DNA of 38,187 nucleotides, taken from an uncultured Nitrospirota bacterium. Its GTDB lineage: Bacteria > Nitrospirota > Nitrospiria > JACQBZ01. The stretch lies in contig CAYJTJ010000003.1 of NCBI GenBank assembly GCA_964372835.1, positions 1 to 38,187 on the forward strand, given 5' to 3'. The translations under genes were made by a program, and so were the position numbers. How positions within the stretch are numbered: the first letter of the stretch is position 1; every line of letters starts with the position of its first letter. Below the pieces are notes generated by a model, which ran no database searches, was not told where the DNA came from, and saw nothing but the letters and a program-made list of their open reading frames with translations. This document shows positions 32,917-38,187 of this stretch, piece by piece.

Positions 32917-34826
32917 TGCGGGCCAAGAACGGGCATCGGAATACCGGGCTGTGCGATGCCGCGGGGAGGATGACGACCGGCCACCTCCTTCGGCTGGCGT
33001 TCACACTGCTTCTCATCTTGGCACTGTTCTGGGGGCTTCATGCCGCGGTGCTCCTCCGAGCCGCGAAGCGGGCCTGGTCGGAGGAGTCCAACCGGCGGAT
33101 CACGAGTCTGGCGCGGGTCATCGCCGCCGAAGTCCAGGTCGCGTACGGCCATGTCCTGGCCGATTCGACCTATTTGTGGAACCTGGCCCGTCAGAACGGG
33201 GCTTACCGAATCACACTGCTGGACCGTGAAGGAACCGTCTTGATGGATACGCTGAATCAGGAAAGGATCGGCCGGCCCGATCCGCTGCTGGGCACGACGC
33301 CCTCGCAGCTGGCCTCGGTCTGGGACGGCGCCCAGATGATGAGCGGGCCCCACGTGGACACCTCGATGCGTTCGCGACCGCAGATCCGGTCGATCTTCAT
33401 TCCGCTCCGGGATCCCGGTTTCCGGACGCTGAGCGTCATGCGGGTGGACCTGGAGTTTCCGCCGCTGGAGGAAACCGGTCCGGCGGCCGTCACGTCTCTG
33501 TTAATGAAGATCGTGGGGTCGGCCGTCCTCCTCGTCCTGGGCTTCAGCTCGGTCCGCGCGCTTCTCGGTAGAAATCGGTCGCGTCTTGAACGCGAAGGCT
33601 CGCCGGGCGAGACGGCCGCCGTGATCGAGACCTTCCACGGGCTGGTCCGTCAACTGAAGGAAAAAGAGGCCGAGCTGGACCACCTGAGAAAGAGGGCCGA
33701 GGAAAGGGCGGCGGATATCGAGAGTTACAACGAGAACATCCTCCAGAGCGTCACCAGCGGCGTAATTACACTCAACACCGATCGACGGATCACCACCTTC
33801 AATCACGCCGCGGAGCGGATCCTGGGCCTTCCTCCCTACGGGGCCATCGGAAAAACCTGTCCCGAGGTGTTCGGCCCCCGAAGTAATATCACGGCCCTCG
33901 TGGAGCAGGCCCTTCAACGGCAGACGACGACCGCGCGGCAGGAACTCGAGCTCAACCGTCTGGACAACGATCGGTCGGGACCCAATCGGATCTGGGTGGG
34001 GGTCAGCACTTCACTCCTCCTGGACCGGCAGGATCAGGTCATCGGGACGACCTTGGTCTTCTCCGACCTGACCGAGATCAAGAGCCTTCAGGAACAGGTG
34101 GAACTCAAGCGACGGCTCACCGTGCTCGGTGAGATGTCGGCCGGGATCGCCCACGAGTTCCGAAACTACATGGGCGGCGTGATGGGATTCGCCAAGCTCC
34201 TTTCCAAACGCCTCCCGGCTTCCGAGGGGGGGGCGGGCGGCGGACAGGAAATGATCGCCGCGATCATGCAGGACCTGACGGCCATGAATCATCTGATCGA
34301 ACAGTTGTTGAGCTTCGGTCGCCATGTGGAGTTGAATCTGGAGCCGACCGAGGTGGTTTCCCTGGTCCGGAGGATGGTGGACCAAATCCTGGGCCAGATC
34401 ACGGGAATCCGACCGCATTTGGAACTGGTAAGTCCGGACGATCTTCCACCGGTTCCGATGGATGCCGTACTGATTCGGCAGGCGGTCGGAAATCTGCTCC
34501 AGAACGCGGTTGAGGCGATGCCCCAAGGCGGCGGACTCCAGGTCCGGGTCGAGGTTTTAGATCACGGGCCGCCCGGGGGGCCGCGATCAAGATGGGACCG
34601 GAAGGAGCTTTCCATCGAGGTAAGGGATACCGGAACGGGCATTCCCAAGGATAAGCTCGACAAGATCTTTCTGCCGTTTTTTACAACAAAGGAAAAGGGA
34701 ACCGGAATGGGACTGGCGCTGGTCCACAAGATCGTTCTTCTGCACGGGGGACGGATCGAGGTGGACAGCCGGGAGGGCCGCGGGACGACCTTCCAGGTCC
34801 TGCTGCCGCTGGGCCCGGGAGCCTAA
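32916..34826 (+). CDS. Sensor histidine kinase (two TM, periplasmic domain, PAS, NtrB/PilS-type HisKA, HATPase)
   Basis: The H-box AGIAHEFRNYMGG is typical of partners of sigma54-type regulators. Also has LLQNAVEAM, DTGTGI and GTGMGLALVHKI. TAATG overlap with the pilD stop. Confidence 0.85.
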   Translation: MRAKNGHRNTGLCDAAGRMTTGHLLRLAFTLLLILALFWGLHAAVLLRAAKRAWSEESNRRITSLARVIAAEVQVAYGHVLADSTYLWNLARQNGAYRITLLDREGTVLMDTLNQERIGRPDPLLGTTPSQLASVWDGAQMMSGPHVDTSMRSRPQIRSIFIPLRDPGFRTLSVMRVDLEFPPLEETGPAAVTSLLMKIVGSAVLLVLGFSSVRALLGRNRSRLEREGSPGETAAVIETFHGLVRQLKEKEAELDHLRKRAEERAADIESYNENILQSVTSGVITLNTDRRITTFNHAAERILGLPPYGAIGKTCPEVFGPRSNITALVEQALQRQTTTARQELELNRLDNDRSGPNRIWVGVSTSLLLDRQDQVIGTTLVFSDLTEIKSLQEQVELKRRLTVLGEMSAGIAHEFRNYMGGVMGFAKLLSKRLPASEGGAGGGQEMIAAIMQDLTAMNHLIEQLLSFGRHVELNLEPTEVVSLVRRMVDQILGQITGIRPHLELVSPDDLPPVPMDAVLIRQAVGNLLQNAVEAMPQGGGLQVRVEVLDHGPPGGPRSRWDRKELSIEVRDTGTGIPKDKLDKIFLPFFTTKEKGTGMGLALVHKIVLLHGGRIEVDSREGRGTTFQVLLPLGPGA

Positions 34827-34841
34827 CCGCACAGAGGAGGC

Positions 34842-36215
34842 GTGATGCCGGTCGTTCTTGTGATCGAGGACAAGGAAAGCATGGCCCAGATGCTCAGCCA
34901 GGCGCTTTCGGCCGAGGGGCATCAAGTGATCGTGGCCCGAGACGGGCGGGAAGGGCTCCAAAAATTCAAGGAGTCGAAGCTGGATATTATCATCACGGAC
35001 CTGAAACTGCCGCATAAGTCGGGCCTCGAGATACTGGAGGCGGTGAAGGAGCAAAACCCTCTCATCCCCGTGATCCTGATGACCGCCTATGGAACGATCG
35101 AGACGGCCGTCAAGGCGGTCAAGGAAGGGGCCTATGACTTCATCACGAAGCCGTTTGATCCGGATCATCTGATCCACCTGATCAATAAGGCGCTGGAAAA
35201 GCAGCGGCTGGTCACCGAAAATCTCATCCTCCGCGAGGAGTTTGGAAAACATTTAAAACTGCCGAAGATCATCGGAAAAAGCCCGAAGATTCTCGAGGTG
35301 ATGGATAAAGTTCAAAAGGTCGCGGCCGGCCATACGACGGTCCTTCTGCTCGGGGAGTCCGGAACCGGCAAGGAGCTGTTCGCAAGGGCGGTGCATTACT
35401 TGAGTCTTCGGAAGGACGGGCCGTTTGTGGCGATCAACTGTGCCGCGATCCCGAGGGACTTGCTTGAGAGCGAGCTGTTCGGCCACGAACGGGGCGCGTT
35501 TACGGGTGCCGTCGCCCGGAAAATGGGGAAGTTCGAGCTGGCCAACAAGGGGACGATTTTCATGGACGAGATCGGAGACATGGATCTCGCACTGCAGGCC
35601 AAACTTCTGAGGGTGATGGAGGGAGAAGATTTCATGCGTGTCGGCGGGACGGTAAAGCTCAAGGTGGACGCCCGTGTCGTGGCCGCCACGAACAAGGACC
35701 TCCAGGGCCTGATCGCCAACAAGCAGTTCCGGGAAGACCTCTATTACCGTTTGGCCGTATTCCCGATCACGATTCCGCCTTTAAGAGACCGCGCGGAAGA
35801 CATCCCGGCGCTGGTGGAGCATTTTGTGGCGACCTACTGCAAGGAGCTGAAGAAAGAGCCCAAGACCGTTTCACCGGCCGCGATGGAGATGATGATCAAG
35901 CATCCCTGGACGGGAAACGTCCGCGAGCTTCAGAACTCAATCGAGCGAGCGGTCATTCTAACCGACGGGACGGCGCTTCTCCCCGAACATTTCGGGCTTC
36001 GCGCAAAGCCGCCGGCCGAGGCCGCCCTCGCGGATCTCCCGATTCAGGGATCGCTTCAAGACGTGAGCAGCGCGGCCTCGCAATTCGCCGAGATGCGTCT
36101 GATCCGGAAAGTCCTGAAGGAATGCGGCGGAAATAAAACGAAGGCCGCCGAGATCTTGAAGGTCAGCTATAAAACACTCTTGACAAAAATCAAGGATTTC
36201 GGTATCGAGTACTAA
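34842..36215 (+). CDS. Sigma54-dependent response regulator (NtrC/PilR family)
   Basis: REC domain (VLVIEDKE, IIITDLKLP). AAA+ domain with GESGTGKE and the sigma54-contact loop ERGAFTGA. C-terminal Fis-type HTH GGNKTKAAEILKVSYKTLLTKIK. Confidence 0.9.
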   Translation: MMPVVLVIEDKESMAQMLSQALSAEGHQVIVARDGREGLQKFKESKLDIIITDLKLPHKSGLEILEAVKEQNPLIPVILMTAYGTIETAVKAVKEGAYDFITKPFDPDHLIHLINKALEKQRLVTENLILREEFGKHLKLPKIIGKSPKILEVMDKVQKVAAGHTTVLLLGESGTGKELFARAVHYLSLRKDGPFVAINCAAIPRDLLESELFGHERGAFTGAVARKMGKFELANKGTIFMDEIGDMDLALQAKLLRVMEGEDFMRVGGTVKLKVDARVVAATNKDLQGLIANKQFREDLYYRLAVFPITIPPLRDRAEDIPALVEHFVATYCKELKKEPKTVSPAAMEMMIKHPWTGNVRELQNSIERAVILTDGTALLPEHFGLRAKPPAEAALADLPIQGSLQDVSSAASQFAEMRLIRKVLKECGGNKTKAAEILKVSYKTLLTKIKDFGIEY

Positions 36216-36260
36216 TCCGATGGGTCAATCCCGGACCGATTGTCGCAATGGAGCCGTTTC

Positions 36261-37784
36261 ATGAGTGATTTCAGAGTCCTACAAAACCAGGAGGGGGTTG
36301 TACTGCTGGTGGCCATCATGCTGCTGGCGCTTTTATCCGTGATGGGCCTGGCCGCCATCTCGACCACCTCGACCGAGCTTCAGCTCGCCTCCAATGAGCA
36401 AGCCGACGCCCAGGCCTTCCATTCGGCCGAGGCCGGGATCCGCGAGGTGCTCTACCGGTCCACGCTGGCCGATCTTCAGGCCGTCTCCATCGCGGGCGGG
36501 GGGAGGATGGCCGAGGCGGATGGAACGATATTCGACGCCGCGATCGCCGATCCCGGAATCGGGGGAATCCCGGACCCCGACTGGACCACCAATATTTATT
36601 TCGCTTCCGAGAGTCCCCCTTCTTCGGGCTCGATCATTAACAGCCGGACGATCCTGCCGGCATCCAACTGGTCACGGCTGGCGTACAGCCATCCCGACGC
36701 CCCGCTGACCGTCCGGTATCTTCGGGAGTCCGACCTGAAGGACTGGGGAGTGATTCCATTCGACCTGAATCAGGACGGGGATGAGTTCGATCTTGTTTAC
36801 TATAACGGAAGTGGTCTCAAGCCCCAGCGGGTGGGGGCCGGGACGGCCGCCGCGGGCCTTGCGGATGCCACGCCGCCGGCCGAGCTGACACGGGACTCCG
36901 CGGTTCGTCTGATTACCTCCACGGGGCGAAGCGGGAAAACATCGAAGTGGGTCCGGCTTGAGATAGTCGGCTTTTCGGTGAATCCATCGGTGGTGGCTCC
37001 GCTCGTGAGCGGGGTTCCGGTGAAACTGGGCGGCTCCGGAATCGTGAGCGGATTCAACCACGATTCGGGGACTCGACGGTCCGACCGGAGCAGCGTGAAT
37101 GCCGGTCTCTACGATCACAACGGCTGCAATAACTACAGCGGGGCCGCGGGAACCGGCGGCTGCGGGATGTCCCCGGACCCCGAGTCCAATTGCCCGGCGA
37201 ACTCTCCCTGTAATGCCGATTACTCCGGCATGGCGCTTTCCGAAGGACACCGGCCGGCGATTCATTCGCCGGGCGATCCGGTCCTGAAGGGGAGATTCAA
37301 AGGCTGGGGGGGAACGGATGATAACTCGATGGGATGGAAAAGGATCGACGCCTCGATCTTTCCCACGCTGGCGGCGCTTCTTAATCTGGATGATGATCGG
37401 GTGGGTCAATTGTTGGCGGGTGCAAATGCCGATCCCTCGTCCTGCCCGGGCGGCGTGACCTACATCAACAACAAGGGGGGGGCTGACTATAAGCCCTCCG
37501 ACAACTGCAGCCAGGGGCAAGGCTTATTGATCGTGACGGGGAACCTCAAAATTTCAGGATCATTTGAGTTTCGGGGGCTCGTTTACGTGGAAGGCCAGGC
37601 CGAGCTCAGCGGAAACAGCTGGCTTTTGGGAGCGCTCCTCGTCCGGGGAAAGCAGGACGGAAACGAGATGGTCACGGGAAATGCCACCGTTCTCTTCAGC
37701 CGGCCGATGATCGAACAGGTGTTTCGACAAGTCGTGATCCAGGCCGGTGTCCCCTTCGTCACGCTTTCGTGGAGGGAGGGCTGA
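36261..37784 (+). CDS. PilX_N-domain pilus assembly protein (minor-pilin-like, large)
   Basis: The N-terminus NQEGVVLLVAIMLLALLSVMGLAAISTTSTELQLASN fits the PilX N-terminal domain pattern. The ATG at 36261 has GGAG 7 nt upstream; the track lists TTG 36240. C-terminal GLLIVTGNLKISGSFEFRGLVYVEG is common in this class. Confidence 0.7.
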   Translation: MSDFRVLQNQEGVVLLVAIMLLALLSVMGLAAISTTSTELQLASNEQADAQAFHSAEAGIREVLYRSTLADLQAVSIAGGGRMAEADGTIFDAAIADPGIGGIPDPDWTTNIYFASESPPSSGSIINSRTILPASNWSRLAYSHPDAPLTVRYLRESDLKDWGVIPFDLNQDGDEFDLVYYNGSGLKPQRVGAGTAAAGLADATPPAELTRDSAVRLITSTGRSGKTSKWVRLEIVGFSVNPSVVAPLVSGVPVKLGGSGIVSGFNHDSGTRRSDRSSVNAGLYDHNGCNNYSGAAGTGGCGMSPDPESNCPANSPCNADYSGMALSEGHRPAIHSPGDPVLKGRFKGWGGTDDNSMGWKRIDASIFPTLAALLNLDDDRVGQLLAGANADPSSCPGGVTYINNKGGADYKPSDNCSQGQGLLIVTGNLKISGSFEFRGLVYVEGQAELSGNSWLLGALLVRGKQDGNEMVTGNATVLFSRPMIEQVFRQVVIQAGVPFVTLSWREG

Positions 37785-38187
37785 TCAGAACGCACGGAGT
37801 ATTTCGGCCGCCTTGGCGACGTGCTGGGGTTTCACCCAGAGGATCGCCCCGAACCGCCCGCTCCCGGCGCAGACCGCGTCGATCGCGGTTACATTGATTT
37901 TGGAAGCCGCCAGCCGGGCCATGACCTCCGCGATCGCCCCGATCCGATCCTCCCCTTGAATCATGAAGGCCGTCTTCTTTTTCTCAAACTTGATTCCGGC
38001 CCGTTTTGCGGCTTCTTGAAACGCTCCCGGGTCCTCCGGAACAAAATCGATCTGTGCCCTCCGTCCCTTCGGGAACCCGGTGAAGGCGAGAAGGTTCACG
38101 CCCGACTGGCGCAGCGAGGATAAGAGCCGCGCCCCTTCCCCCGGTTTGTCGGCCACCTCCATCTTGAAATACTCGACCTTGCGGATC
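37785..38187 (-). CDS. ACT-domain protein (tandem ACT-like), N-terminus probably outside window
   Basis: VADKPGEGARLLSSL and GEDRIGAIAEVMARLAASKINV are ACT beta-alpha starts. The frame stays open upstream of the Met at 38162 to the window edge. Confidence 0.6.
   Translation of the reverse strand, partial: IRKVEYFKMEVADKPGEGARLLSSLRQSGVNLLAFTGFPKGRRAQIDFVPEDPGAFQEAAKRAGIKFEKKKTAFMIQGEDRIGAIAEVMARLAASKINVTAIDAVCAGSGRFGAILWVKPQHVAKAAEILRAF

Noticed and set aside
36232-36247. Possible sigma54 -24/-12 element (GG-N10-GC) upstream of the PilX_N gene
   Set aside because: Only the GG and GC dinucleotides match; the flanks read CGGACC/GTCGCA instead of TGGCAC/TTGCA. It would also place the transcript start essentially on the start codon.
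1-38187. Looked for CRISPR arrays, tRNA/rRNA/tmRNA genes, IS elements, integrases, toxin-antitoxin pairs and known defence genes
   Set aside because: No regularly spaced repeats were seen. No T-loop/cloverleaf-like GC-rich segments occur in the few intergenic gaps. No transposase, recombinase or phage-like translation appears in the six-frame track. The only repeat of note is the gcvPA 3' duplication reported above.

Overview
GC-rich chromosomal segment from a diderm (Gram-negative type) bacterium; lpxC and lolA are present. It is almost fully coding and mostly housekeeping. On the + strand: livH(partial)-livM, then livG-livF, with an antisense LEA_2 lipoprotein gene between livM and livG. 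Next come gcvT-gcvPA-nudix-gcvPB, an orphan SdhA/FrdA-type flavoprotein, lpxC, and a Cas4-like/RNase-H-like (TM0106-type) nuclease. On the - strand, a 13-kb co-directional array runs 26956->13775: Cache-HAMP-GAF kinase, CDF transporter, pdxA, rsmA, ftsK, lolA, a 1306-aa hybrid kinase ending in a degenerate GGDEF domain, a CheY-like receiver and yajQ. Also on the - strand are gpsA, a Na/Pi-PhoU transporter, larB and larC. The right end carries a prepilin peptidase, a PAS kinase, a sigma54-type response regulator, a PilX_N protein and a partial ACT-domain gene. I recognised no transposase, integrase, phage gene, CRISPR array, tRNA or rRNA. Four short AT-rich intergenic islands carry near-consensus sigma70-type promoters. 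I do not see a clear novel multi-gene system. The best leads are listed here. (1) A relic duplicate of the gcvPA 3' end differs from the live copy only at synonymous sites and flanks a hairpin-rich insert. (2) The hybrid kinase(GGTTF)-CheY-YajQ module may be a c-di-GMP-linked relay. (3) A long structured leader lies upstream of the kinase-CDF array. (4) The gcv cluster lacks gcvH and has an embedded, translationally coupled Nudix gene. (5) The stand-alone Cas4-like/DEDD-like nuclease has its own promoter. All functional calls rest on motif recognition in the supplied translations; no database search was run.
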